Of a stretch of 64,000 bases of DNA, positions 41,139 through 56,068 are shown in pieces. The stretch comes from the human T2T-CHM13v2.0 reference genome, Homo sapiens, in NCBI RefSeq assembly GCF_009914755.1, contig NC_060936.1, one strand, 5' to 3'. The translations under genes and the position numbers were made by a program. Each line of letters starts with the position of its first letter. The stretch's first letter is position 1. The notes under the pieces are model-generated. The model worked only from the letters and a program-made list of their open reading frames with translations. It was not told where the DNA came from and searched no databases.

Positions 41139-41585
41139 TATATATTATATCTACAGATAATCTTGATAAAATGCAGTACTTTTACTATTTTGTAAATTAA
41201 GAATTGTTTTTTATAAAAATTGTTTCATAACCTCTTTCTGTTTTTGGAGGTGAGACACAGGGAAATGAAAGGAAGAGAAAGATCCAAAGATTATTTCTAT
41301 ATCATGACAAAGCAAAAAAAAATGGACACCTGAAATTCTTCAACTGGTAATCATACATGTCACTTATCAAGACACTAGAAACAATAATGTGTGCCATATA
41401 GTGCAGAATCCAATACTCCTCTGTTACTACGGGTTAGTTAAAAATTAGTGAAGTGCTTGGTCCTGATTTCTACACTGTACCCCTGTAAGCCACCCTACGG
41501 AGAAGAATTATCCCAACTCTCAGAAAAAAAGTCGACCTCTCCCTTCTCTGCCCTTATAGAAAATAAGCCAGGCTGCCATGACAAC

Positions 41586-41681
41586 CTCTGTTCCAAACAG
41601 CCTTCCACGGTGCCATCCTGCAGAAATCTAGGATTCAGTACAGCCGCTGTGCCAGATGCAGATAAAATGCAGACCTCTTCA
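41586..41681 (-). CDS. C2CD5: C2CD5 exon (CEEVCILSASGTAAVL...CLEQR)
   Basis: tttatag|T acceptor; weak GAG|gttgtc donor; 96 nt; phase 2-2. Confidence 0.92.
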
Positions 41682-43054
41682 CTATAAAGGAAAAAACACA
41701 AACAAGTTAACATTTTTCAGACCGTATAACTTTGGGAAATGCTAAATATCAAAATAATTATAACAGTGACAATTTAAGTTCAAGTTAGACTCTACTCAAT
41801 ATTAAATAATATTTACGAGGTTTACCTCCTAAACCTAGCCTAGAAAACAGAAGTAACTTTATTTGAATGGAGGGAAAGAATTCTTCATAAATTAAAAACT
41901 GAAAAAAGATAAAAGTATTAATATTAAAGACAATAACTTCATTTAAAATATGGCAAGGCTGAAAGAATGAAATGTTTCAAAATATAAGCAGTAATAAATT
42001 GTATTGCTGAATCTAGCATTAATCAATGAAACTATATTAAAATACTCTTTAAATGTATATGAAGTTTTATTAAAATTATTCTAAAAGCACAACTATGTAA
42101 ATATCTCTATATAGGTGATTTATATAGCTTAATCTAAATTTAAATCATTATAAAGGTTTCTGAAACAATATACAAAATATACTAAATGAAGCTTAAACTA
42201 CATCATCATATAACAGAAAACTGATATTCAAAATAATTTTTAAATTATTATATGTCACCCAATTTGAAAGCTAAAAAATTAAACAATCAACATAATTATT
42301 GAATGAGATCACCTAAACAAATGAGAAAAGTAGCAACCTAGGGATGAACTGCTGAAAACCAGGTATAAATAAAACCCAGAAATAAAATAAAACAGAAGCC
42401 TAAGAGAACAAGGGAGGAACAGTCACTTGAACTGTAAATAAAATAAAGGAAGACCAGGCTTAAAGTGTAGGTAGGAATTAAGGATGTCAGAAGGAATAAC
42501 ATGAAACCACTGATGTCTTCGAATCAAGAAGTTATAAGAGCAGAAGTGCATTTCAGAGAGTTTAATCCAGTAACAGAAAGTAGCATGGGCTGGAACAGAA
42601 AAGATTAGTTAAAATTTAAATACACAGATGTTTTTGAGGTCTAGAAAGGACCTCTGTCAGATGACATCTGTCAGATGAACTCAAACTTCTAGGTAAATTA
42701 ACTGAACTCATTTGCAGACTCCTCCATCTGTGACCTATCATCAGCCATCCTGAGTCTACATCCTGTGGCCTTCTTTTTTTTGCTACTCTTTTAAGTGTTG
42801 AATGCATCTTGTAAGCTTTGAAACCTCTCCTTATGCCTCTTCTTTTTATTTATATAATTCATATTCATCCCCCAAAATCCAACTCAAGCATCAGTTACTT
42901 CATTGACATTTTCTTCCAATTCTACTTTGAGCTTTCAGCCCTCTAGGATCCCAAAGCATCCTATATCTCAATCTTAAAATTTATTTTACATCATAATTAT
43001 CCAGTAGAATGTAAATGTGATACCAAGAACTATGCCTTCTAAAACCATATCTCT

Positions 43055-43370
<316 letters not shown>

Positions 43371-44389
43371 TTTTTCTAAGGCCTCAAAGTTTATGACATT
43401 AAAACCATCAATGTGGCAAGACAACTAGGGAGTAAGGCAAGATAAGCTTGACAAAGTTAGTAGTTAACAAGAGTAGAACCGCTACTATGGGAATAAACAG
43501 TCTAGGAGTATAACACATGATCTGCAAAGGAAAAGAAAAGCCCACAGAAGATTAAATAATATGGCTCTGTAATGACCACATTTACTACAGTTTAATTCTT
43601 TTTCCCTAACAATAAGGATCACCACAAGAGCAGAGGATCTAACAGTAAGAATTACCTAAGAATAGATGGTAGAAAAATAAGATAACAGAAGGTTAAACAG
43701 TTTCTAGATGATATCAACTGTAAACTTCTGAAGGGCTGAAAGTAGGGTTCAAGGATGGCAAAAGAACAAAAAAAGCCAGAAACTAAGTAAGGAGCTGAGA
43801 AAACAACTGGTTAAGGTAAGGGTCAAAACAAACTAGATATAAAAGAGCAAATGATATTGGTAGAAAAACGTTAAGTTGTGATCTGAGAGTAAAATTTTAT
43901 AGTTTCAAAATTTTAAGGCGGAACAGTTTCAAGTGATACTGAGGTCCAAAATATGGTTGAAAGTTAAGTGGGGTCAGACGACTTGAGAATAAGAAACTAT
44001 AATGCCAGCTGCTAGGATGAACATAATCATATGTAACTGGAGGAGAGAGCAGCGAAGTAACTAAGAAAGGCAGACGAATGCTTTGGAAGTAGATAATGGA
44101 ACAGTAGCGTGGCATGTACTTTAAAGGAGGAGATTGTTCAAATGAAGGGAAGGAGAAAAAGGAATTGAGAACCAAGTGTATGAAAGCCCCTTCCTAATTT
44201 GTCAGTATTAGGAAGAATGATTTGTTAGCAAGAAACGTTACATTACAGTAGGTAAAAGGAGGCAGAATGAGTTTATGGACAAACTTTAAAGACACATTGC
44301 AATTCGTTTACAGTAGATCAAGGGTTCCAAAGGTTCCAGTGGAAGAAGTTGATACAGTTACATACTAAAGGAAGCCTAGAGTTAATATT

Positions 44390-44600
44390 TGCTGTGTGCC
44401 AGTATTATATTCTCATTTAATCACTGATGTAAATGATTAATTGATCTGTGGTATTATCTCCATTTTAATGTACAAATTGAGGCTCAGAAGAGTTAAATAA
44501 CTTTCTCAAAGTTACACAGTCACTAACTGGCAAAGACGGCATATAAACCTTAATCTAATGTACTCCAAGGCCCATGCTCCTGAACACTTCGCTATTCTCT
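44390..44600 (-). mobile_element. MIR
   Basis: tgaggctcagaagagttaaataactttctcaaagttacacag. Confidence 0.7.
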
Positions 44601-44685
44601 TTTCTTTTATTTGCATGAAGCTTTTCCCCTTTCAGATGGCAGTCTAAATTAGTGTCTGGAAAATCAAGTTGTTATTATCATTTAC

Positions 44686-44800
44686 CAGATGCTAGTTGAT
44701 TCACTGTAGCCCACTACAGCATGACAGCCTAATGCTTTAGCATGTGATTTTATTTCTTGTCTGATTTCTGCCCACCATGCATCTCGAGTTTCTGGTTCAT
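44686..44800 (-). CDS. C2CD5: C2CD5 exon (DEPETRDAWWAEIRQ...STSIC)
   Basis: tttttcag|AT acceptor; CTG|gtaaat donor; 115 nt; phase 1-2. Confidence 0.96.
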
Positions 44801-47800
44801 CTGAAAAATAAATTTTAAATCAGTTTATTACTCAATAGCACATTATATATATGAACATGAAATGTTTAAAATAAACATACTATGGGAAGTAAAGAAGTTT
44901 TATTCTATAATGGATTTTTAAACTTCCCATCTTTAAAATGCTACTTCTCAAAAGGCATAAGATTTAACCTTTTAAACTCAATTGCTGGAAAACAAACCAC
45001 CTATCTGTATTTGCTTTATTACTTTAACAGATATCTATAGGAATATATGATTAGATATAATTTTAAATGTAGACCCAGAGTTTCCAAATTCTAATCTTAG
45101 CTATGATTAGAATTTTAGAATTAGACTAAGAGGATATTCTACATCTCACCTCACTGAGTGAACACCTTATGTGTTATATCCATAAATTTAACTTTAATTC
45201 TGATTTCATTTCTTGGTACCTATTTTTATAACTCACTATATTGTGGGTTCTTTCCAAGGCAAAGATTTGTCAATGTTAAAAGAGAGAAAGCCATCTGTAA
45301 GCCATCCTTCTACAGAGATGTGGGTCTTTAGGCAAAATACAAGAAATTAGAGACTAATTTAAAAAAAAAAAGAAAGAAAGCAAGCACACTTAAAATATTA
45401 ACACAAATAATTTGGTAATGTATATAAGGAAAAATTTCAGATATAACACTCCATGTATTGGTCTGTAATTTTAAAAAATGATTTAGAGTCACAGAATTCT
45501 ATTTTATTACCAGAGAAGTCCAATATTGCTTGTAATGGAGCACTATAAATGAAGCATCTGTCATACATATTTCCTAATCACTTGCATTTAGCTGCAAACT
45601 ACTGGTGACAGCAGCTGCAAATTATAGTAACATTTTATGTACAATGTGTTAAAAACAGAAAGTCTATAATTAGCATATCATAATTTATTTCTTTTTGTGG
45701 CCAATTCTCATTTGGGAATAACTTGAGATAGAAAAAAAAATCAACTCTAGATAGAATGCTAAGCTCTCATTGTAATTTTTCCATATAAAAGCCACTATTA
45801 AATCTAAAAACCAAAAAATCCAAAGTTTCTATTTTTGAATTGCAGTATATATCCAATTTTCAAAATATGTTTTTCAAAATTAGTAGAATAAGTAGAATTA
45901 TACTCACTAGTAAAATAGTGAAGACAGCAAAGTAAAGAAAGGTTAAGAGGCGTGTTATAGCTCACATTCCTATGATGAAATTTTTGTCTCCTCCACAGGG
46001 AGGAGGATCAGCAAAAGGGAGAAATAAGGAGATAAAAGCCAGAACTACAAATGATGCCAGCCAGTTCTTGAATTAAAGTTTTGGTTCCAAGACAAAGCTA
46101 CCTTAAAACTTTCTTTCAGAAGAAAGAAATGCAGAATTCAGGAAACTGAGAAAGACATCAAAGTAGAAGATAAAATAAGGAAGAGAAATAGAAAAGACTA
46201 CAATATGGTATTAGCAATCAATGTTATAAATTAAGAAATGTGTGAACAATTAAGTGAACCTATTTTACACAAATACTACTTGTGTTAAAGAATTTCTTCA
46301 TATTCCCAAATGAAATGTATATAGTAACAGCAAAAATACACTTTCAAATCCATACTCTCTTTTTTCTAAGACATACACACTTACTGACCAATCTGAACAT
46401 CCATTTAACATCATCCTTTCCTAAAAGAGAATTTTTCTATCATAAGATGAACTATTATTCAAGTGGTTGCTCTAATCTATTAAATGACTATGATTCTGAG
46501 AAAATAATTGTCACAACCATAGAAATGTATTTCAGTTTAGAAAATACCTATTTTCCCAAAAAATTGCATGAAATAAAATTCTAACTTTTCTTAAACTCAC
46601 TAATAAAACCTACTGTTTACTTTTTAAACCATTCTAGAAGTTTAAAATATTATTTTCTAAAGCAAATAATTATGTACTATGTTTTTATAAGATTTTTCTC
46701 ACATTGGGTTTGCCTTCTTCATCTGTACCACAAGTAATACATGGTGGCTTTACTGTTTTAAAAATGAATTTTACAGAAAGTAATCCATAAACAGTGTTTT
46801 AGAAATTAATAAAAAATGGAGGAAGCTACTTAAGTTCTACATATATTTATTTTTAAAACGCCAACATGTCTAAATGGGAAAGTATGTTATAACAATTCCT
46901 ATGAGATACCACATAGAATACAAAGTTCATTTACGTTAAACTTACCTTAGTATAACACATAAAATAATCAAATAATTAAACCAAACACTATGAAAGAATA
47001 AGTGGCTGATTCAAAAAACAAACGAACAAAAAAAAAAAAGCTGAATGCAGCGCAAGTGGAGCATTCATATTCTTCTGACAAATTCACAAGCAGCCTTTAT
47101 TTTAACACATGAGCCACACAATTGCACATGAGGATGCCATTATTGTATTTAATAAGTATTTACAAGTTTAATACAAAGCTAAAGAGTTACATAACATGGG
47201 AGCTAAGGAAGCAAATGGCATATGTCCACACTCCAGAAAACTTCTTAAATTTGGTTTTTGGCTAAAGCAAAAGCTCAAAGAACGAAGGGTTTGCAAAGCA
47301 GATTCAGCATACAGGAGCCAGAAACAGTGGATATTTTGGCGCATGCTTGGATCAGGTGACAGTACAGACTGAAAACTATGGCAGCTCACTGAAATGGTTA
47401 CAAAAAAGTAATGGCCCTAGATTCTAGGTGAAAGCAAGGCAAGCATACAGTAGGGAGCACTTAATCACAAACTGGTAATTATATTAACAATTATCTACAA
47501 CTGTAAGCAAGAGACTAAAGGAAAAATTTTTGGCTACTAAATTTAGGGGGCATTTAATTAAAACAAAATTAAGATTAATTTGTTTAACAGTAAAGAAAAG
47601 TTAAATTTATCTCCAAAGCTTATTTTATACTCATGCCAGACATGACCTAGAGAATCTTCAAGCAGTAATTATGATTCAGCCTATCCTATTACCAATAAAA
47701 ATTCAGAGATATCACAGTATTTAATCCCTATAATAGAATGTTTAAGGTTTAAAAACTGATAACTACAGTCTTATAGGAATGTATTGTGTTTTCCTATAAG

Positions 47801-48694
47801 AAACACACTAATGAATTGGAATTATTTTATTCATCCTAAAAAGTACAAAATTGAGGATACTATACTAACATAAATGCAAACAGAGTCTAGCTTAAAATTT
47901 TGTGGCAACTATGTATGTGACACATGAAATGATACAATTTAGTTATCTGAAGGATATACAGCTGAGATGTGAGGTCATTTAATAAACATTAAATAAACAT
48001 TTCAAAGATGTTAAGAAACAAACCTCTTCACCTTAAACACATTTCTTCTGATAATCTACAGAATTATTTACAATTATAAAAGTTATTATTTTAGGAAAAT
48101 TTAAAATTTAATTATATACAAATTAATATATTTTTATATACAAATTATATATTTTATATATAAGTTTAATATACAAGTTATATTTTATACTATTTTATGT
48201 TTTTCTTCTGTGGGTCAAAACTCTTTGTAGATAATATCGCAAATCTTTTAATATATCCTTTTAATTGCAGGCATGAACTGAGCACTAAATCAATCCTCAC
48301 TGATGTCTCTTTTAGGGGTAATGTCAGCACACTTAGGTTGACATCAGAATTCATTAATTTTTACTACGTTACATTCCTAGAGCATGGCCACAGCTCGATA
48401 TCTTGCCATCTTTTTAACATTTTGTTTCTGAAGTGCAGGTGAAACTGGTAAAATTCTAAAACGGCAGTTTATATATCAGAAAATAACAATGTGAACAACT
48501 CAACATAATATGCTCTTATTAAACTCAACCTCTTTGAGATTTTAGGCTATCATACACTTGGCAATTAAGAAATACCAACTACCTGAAATGTTAAGTTCAG
48601 TTCATTTTTATATAGCTCTGGGAGAGAATAACTCTGCCTTGCAGATTCTTTTAATACGGTTAGAAGAAAAAAGAAATTATTCTAATGTTTTAAA

Positions 48695-48900
48695 GCAGAG
48701 TGACTATAGTTACCAACACTGTACTGTATATGTCAAAACAGCTACCCGAGAGAACTTGAAATGTTCCCAACACTTAGAAATCATAAATACTCAAGGTGAT
48801 GGATACTCCAAATACCCTGATTTGATCATTATTCTATGCATGTAACAAAATAAAACATGTACCCCATAAATACAAACAAATATTGTTTAAAAATAAAAAT
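48695..48900 (+). mobile_element. L1MA 3' end fragment
   Basis: gagtgactatagtt...ggtgatggatactccaaataccctgatttgatcatt...catgtaccccataaata. Confidence 0.8.
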
Positions 48901-49351
48901 TATTTTTAAAATGGACAGTTATTCAATCTAATTTATAAATCAACAAAAGGAGATAAAATGTTAGGTTGGATCAAATAAAGGTTAATACAATGATAATCTA
49001 TCATGTTAACGGACAGTATAAAAAGCTATATTCCCAAATACCTGAAAGTAACATTCCAACTGCTAACCTCTTGAAGAAGATAAATTTCCCCTAATGAAAA
49101 AGAAATTAGAGAGTTCAGGTTCAAAGGAGTATATAATCTCAAACTGGGTGGGGATCAGTAGACTAGGAAGAAGATTCTCATTATAGAGGAAGTCATGTGC
49201 AAATACAGAGCAAACGTCAAGACCTAGTCATTTGTGATGTTAGGATGAAACTAAGATATAATCCATGTTTGACCAAACTGGAGTCTTTACTATCTGTAAA
49301 TTTAGAAAGTCAAATGTGCAATCTACTCCATAATTGTGAAATTTCACTACA

Positions 49352-49363
49352 TACACGCATGCA

Positions 49364-49402
<39 letters not shown>
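49352..49402. repeat. (CA)n microsatellite
   Basis: Seen directly; reads as (UG)n on the pre-mRNA. Confidence 0.92.
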
Positions 49403-49405
<3 letters not shown>

Positions 49406-50779
49406 GTAACTGGATTTTCATTACTCTAAAATTACTGGTAATATAGAAAAGCTCACATATCACGCATGCTGTATTTATGCCATCTTGCATCTTGAACTCT
49501 TATTTATCTACTTCCTGAAAACCTTATTAAAATACTGAAAACCAAAAGCTGTATAAGTACTTTAGGTATAGTTTGCACATCTGCTCATAAGTATCTCTCA
49601 GGGAAAATGATAATTGCTGAGATTATCAGTAAAATTAAAGTTCCAAGAGAGCCTACCACCTATCTCCATTTAACTAATACACACATATGCACACACCAAA
49701 ATAGTGTAAGAATTACCCTAGACTGGGTGTGTACAGGACGTCTGCCTGGCTTAACAATTATGTTTCCAGTACCCAACACAGTGTGCAACACATGGTAGGC
49801 ACTCCACAAACATCCACTGAATAAAAACGTGACTGAATTGAAACTTAAACTAAAAAAAACAAAAAAGTTCATTCAGATGAGCAGACTGATCTGTACATTC
49901 TATAAATATATCCCTATATAATCAGCTGACCCACATTTTGTTACCATTAAATATTTTGTAAAGTAATTATACTTATTTTTATAGGACATAACTACTCACT
50001 TTTGCTCCTAAACTAAATGAATTTTCTAAACAACTATAATTCTGATGGCAAACAAAAAAGACTAATATTTTCTAATTTTGAACTATTAATCCAAAGCTTG
50101 CTTATCACTAGTAAAAGTTTATGATTGAGAAAAACTTAAGTATAATATGTCCTAAGATCTATAATCTGTCTAAAATAAAATTTGTTTAAAAACCCTTTTA
50201 AAAATTTTCTCAAAAACCAACAAAAGGCTATCTGGTGTTAAACACTTGTTTTACTAACTCAGGACTTAAAATATCAACTCACAAATTTTGTCTACGTCCA
50301 GAAGCTATCTCCCACTAATAAACAATTACATTTTGATACCACGCTATATAACTTCTTTACTTCTTCTTGCCACTTCCTGAAAAAAAATCTAAGCTGACAT
50401 GCAATCTCTACAGAGGAAAAAATAGTAAATTATCCGCAACTATCAAGATTATCACTGATTTAAAAATTATGTATGTGAGCTACTCAGAAATACTTCTAGT
50501 GGTAACTCAAGGGAAAAAAATAAAAGATCATACTCATTTGAAAAATGAGTTAGGACTATTAAAACTTGCTCTTTAAATATTTTCCCATCTCAACACTCAA
50601 ATAAACTTGAGTTTCCAAAGGGTAGAACTCAATTGCTATGTAGAATTTTAGAACTGTAGGTATGTGGGATAATTCCCCTTTCTTTCTCTTGTCTTGAAAG
50701 CAGACAAGAGCATGCTTCATTTGCCACATTTCAGTAGTTACTAGGTCCTGCTGTTATTATACTCAAAATATCTCATTAA

Positions 50780-51000
50780 TTTATAGTTAAGAGTACAGGT
50801 TCTGAAGCCAGAGTACTCAGGTACAAATTGTGGCTTAGCCACTTTCTAACTATTCACCTTTGGAAAACTACTGTTTCACTTTGCTCACCTACAAAACAGG
50901 ATTAGAGTCGACCTCAGAGATCTGTTTTGAGGATTAAATGGTCTACTATTATAAAGCACTTAAAAGAGTACGTGGCATGTAATAAGTTCTTGATCAGTGT
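50780..51000 (+). mobile_element. MIR
   Basis: gttaagagtacaggttctgaagccaga...tgaggattaaatg. Confidence 0.65.
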
Positions 51001-51365
51001 AGCTCTCCTATCACCACCAAAACCTAGGTTACCTATGTAGCCAAGGTTACCACACAGTCTGCTAACTGGTCTCCCTGTCTCTAGTCTTATTGCCTTTAAG
51101 CCCATTCTCCACCCTATAGTCAATGATCTAATGCAAATGTGCCCATGGGCTACCCTAATTCTTATGCACTTCCAATCCTAGAATGTCACACATAAGATTT
51201 GTAAATGCTGCAATCTGCTTCCTAGCAGCAACACTCACCTGCCTGGCATTTCTCAAAGTCTGTTACCAAGCCAGAAACATAAGCAGCATGATAAGTAAAG
51301 GTAACATTTTAAAAATAAATTCTAATATTGAGTTCCCTTCTTCCTGCTCTATAAAAACATTTCTA

Positions 51366-51658
<293 letters not shown>

Positions 51659-54199
51659 CTAACGCTGTAGTTAACACAAACTAAGGCAGCAAAGCAGGAG
51701 AAAAGGAGACAGAAAAAAAAAAAAAGCTAAACTAACCAAGATATTTTGTACTCTGTGGCAAGCAACGTAGTAAGCATGAAGTAACTATGTAAACATCATC
51801 AAATGAGTACTGGCTAGGACATTGTTTTGTAAATGCTAGAAGTTTGAGAACCACACTCAAAGTATGCATAAACATGGGTCCAAAAACACCAAAATACAAA
51901 TCTATGTGATTCTCCCATCTATCCTTCAAATCTGAGCTCAAGAATTACCACTTCTATAAGTTTCTCTCATACAGAGTTAATCAAGCCTTCTTCTTTAACT
52001 CTTTATCTTGTATCACACCATACCACACAGTAAATTATTTAATGTCTGTCTATCCTCCAAGAATATGAGCTTCATGAAGGCAGGGGGACTGGCAATCTTT
52101 CCACCCTAGACCTAGCAAATTGCGTGGCACAAAATAAATTCTGATATAAGCTTGCATGATCTGTCATATTTTATACATTACTGTATAATAACATTTTCCT
52201 ATAACTTTCCATATTTTAATGTTTCTGAAATAAGAATGTCTAATAATTAATAAGTATATTTAATATGGTGGTATATATTTTTCTTTTTCTTGGAAGTCTG
52301 TTATTAAAATGATAATGCTTCATATAATACATGGTACAAAGCAGCCAGGAAATACAGTGTAAATGAGCAATTCTAGCCCTAATAAAAATGGTATCAACAA
52401 TTCTTTTCCTAACATGGTTAGTTCTTGATTTTCTACATATGAGAGCAATGGCTAAATATTCTCAATTTACAGATAAGAATACATAAATGATTTGCATATA
52501 TTTACCTATATCAAATTTTTCTTCAGAATTATCAAGTTATTTTTCCTAAACAAGTATGAAAATCAGTTGTTTCTGAAGATATACTAAGTCTTACCAGAAA
52601 GATTCTAATTAATCAAAAGCATACTACAAGGTGTCATCATTTATGTTCTTTTAACATTCTATAACTTATATCTACCTTTTTTCTTCACACACTTCCAACG
52701 TGACATTATTTTAAATGATGGCAAGATATACTGCTTCCTCAACCATGTTTTTCTTTGCCAAACCGTAATTCTGCTTACGTGGGACAACGTCCTTACTATG
52801 TCTATAAGATTTAATTACTGCCATTTCCATTTCCAAGACTGTTCTATCATTTGACCAACACACATCTCACCCTAAACATCTTTGCCCTGACAAGATTTCA
52901 GTTCCTTATATTATTAATGGTCAATATGCTCTCAATGTCCTTTTTCTATATATCTTTCCACTATACTAATCTGCCTATGTTTTAAAATTTCTTAAGAAAT
53001 CAACCTAGGAAAGTATTTTTCAATTTCTCACTAAAAAACAATTACAAAATATTACACTAACAAATGATCATTTCAATTCTAATCAATGACAGCAGGCTGG
53101 TAAAAACTTGGATAGGAAATTTCCCTATGGATTTACCGATTGATATCAATCTACATCTGTAAATGTTGGACTTATCATATGGTTTACCAGACTGAATTTA
53201 GGTAAATCTACATGATGAACATGATTTACTTCATAGTCAAACATGCATTACTTACATCAAAACTTACATCTTGAACTCCTAAGAACAAAAAAAAGTTTAC
53301 AATATTGAAAAGATTATGAGATATTATCTAAAATTCTGAGCCCCGTGGCGTCTTTGCTTTTCTGTAAGATATACTTTCTGAGACAAATAACTGAAAAATT
53401 TCTTTAGGCAACATACCAGCTTCTGACACTGAATCAAAATGGTTGTATTATTTCATTCTAAAAAATATAATATAAACAATTAGAAATGTACATTATGTTT
53501 TTATCAAAAAAAAAAATTAATTACTTTTGACTCTAAAACACATCATCAGCTGTAAAGCTCACTATCGTAGTCTGTTTATTTAAAAGCTACAAACTACATT
53601 CATATGTAAAATTACTTTTTAAAAATTATATTCACATGTGGAAAGGGAAGGAGGAAAGTTTAAGAAAGCTGTTAATCCCCAAAAAGTCTATTCTTAGTTA
53701 TCTAATTTTGGAACACTTCTAGAATTATAAATAAAAATGCTAACAGTTACACTTTTACAGTAGCCTATAGAACACTAAATCTATTCAAATCTAAATGTGC
53801 ATTTAAATATACTTTATTTTTAGATTTATGAAACATTACTTATATTTAACAAATATTTGCTTAATCTTAAAGCTAATGCCTACATCATTTACCTGATATA
53901 GAAAACCATCCAAAATGTAATAAATATAATTTTAAATGATCATTCTGAAGTTAATCACCTAAGAAAAGTCATTGATAATTTATGGTATTTCTATGGCTTT
54001 CATTAATTCATTTTAGTTAACACATTTTTATATTTGTATTTCCATTGAAATTACAAGAGTTATTACATACGTAGCACAGAATATTATCTGTATAACTGAA
54101 TTGACCTTAAACCTACTTCATCTAGAACATTTCTAAAAACTTCACTGAGCTGCCATAATTTTTGTCAGCATATGTAGTACTGAATGACCATTAAAATAC

Positions 54200-54265
54200 C
54201 TGAATTGAAACTATTCCAGTCTAGCAGTTTGTAAGATCTTGTGTTACCCATAATTCCGACAAAGG
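54200..54265 (-). CDS. C2CD5: C2CD5 cassette exon, 66 nt (AFVGIMGNTRSYKLLDWNSFNS)
   Basis: TACTAAT branch-point motif; gaactcag| acceptor; CAG|gtattt donor; phase 1-1; no stop. Confidence 0.8.
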
Positions 54266-54972
54266 CTGAGTTCAAAACAGCAAATTAGTAGATCAGTTTT
54301 AGGTGCAGAATAGTAGGAATAAAACAAAAAACACTACAAACAAGAACGCAATTGACAACACCACTCGACAGGAACTGGAAAGACATAGACAGCAGAGTTA
54401 ATAAGAAGTAGAAATAGAAAGGGGGAAAGGAGCATGCTATAGTAATCTAACATTAACTAATCTAATTATTTAATTACCTTGATTTTTAAAACCACCCCAT
54501 TCTTTCCCTTGTTGTAGTCACCCGTTTGCTCAATATTTACCAAAGGAGGATGTTCTTTAAAAAAGCCTCCAAAATAATAATCCATAGTTAGCAGGTGGTA
54601 GTGGTTTTAAAATAAGATTTTTTCCCTTCTATAGTGAGAATGAAACAAAAATTTCCCATATTCACCGGTCAAAAAATAGCTGCAAAACTCATTTGAGAAT
54701 GCAAACACAACATTTTTAACATTAGCACATGCATCTCAATCCATCGTTAAGTCTCCCTCAGCAGAGGAACTCAGTGTCACAAAATTAAAACATCATCATT
54801 ACGGTAGATGTTAATCTAGAGTTTTGTTTTGTTTCAACATTCAGCTTTTCTTCAATATATTAAAATTTCTTCATAAATAATTACTTAAGAGGCCTGGAGA
54901 TCAGTAAATGTTCTCAAGAAAATGTTCCTTTTTAGTGCGTAATAATACATAAAACAATCCGAAGAATGTGAC

Positions 54973-55271
54973 ATTTTATTTTATTTTTTGAGATGGAGTC
55001 TCCCTCTGTCACCTAGGCTGGAGTGCAGTGGCATGATCTCGGCTTACTGCAACCTCCATCTCTAGGGTCCAAGTGATCCTCCTGCCTCAGCCTCCCAAGT
55101 AGCTAGGACCACAGACAATGTACCACCAGGCCCGGATAGTTTTTGTATTTTTGGTAGAGAGAGGGTTTCACCATGCTGCCCAGGCCGGTCTCAAACCCCT
55201 GAGCTCATGCGATCTGCCCGCCTTGGCCTCCCAAAATGTTGGGATTACAGGTGTAAGCAACCGTGCCCAGT
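54973..55271 (-). mobile_element. AluJ
   Basis: Full diverged dimer; flanking agaatgtga repeat. Confidence 0.92.
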
Positions 55272-55681
55272 CAGAATGTGATACTTTAAATCAAAATAAT
55301 ATTAGAACCATTAGAATAATTACACATATTTAACTAAAAATAAAACAAAATGAAAATATAACTCATACGCCATTGAAAGCACTTATATGTATATGTCCAT
55401 GACCTTTTGGGAAATAATCCATTAATAACTGAGAATTTCTAAATGTGAGCTGAGAAAATACTCTAAACTGGGAGGAAAGGCAGAGAATGGGTGAGCTGGT
55501 AGTTACAATACACAAAACACATTCTGTAATAGGAATCATTCTTTTCTTCCCTGGGCCTGGATTCTTACATTTCTTGCACAATTAGCATGAACTGGCACAT
55601 AAAATAAACCCCAAAATGCAGTTCGTTTTTTTTTTTAAGTAGTGACATTTTAAATACAACTCTCTACTTAAACTTATTTAA

Positions 55682-56068
<387 letters not shown>

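Noticed and set aside
53891-53910. ttttctatatcag|gtaaat recursive-splice-like site
   Set aside because: The intron is only about 13 kb and such motifs are common by chance
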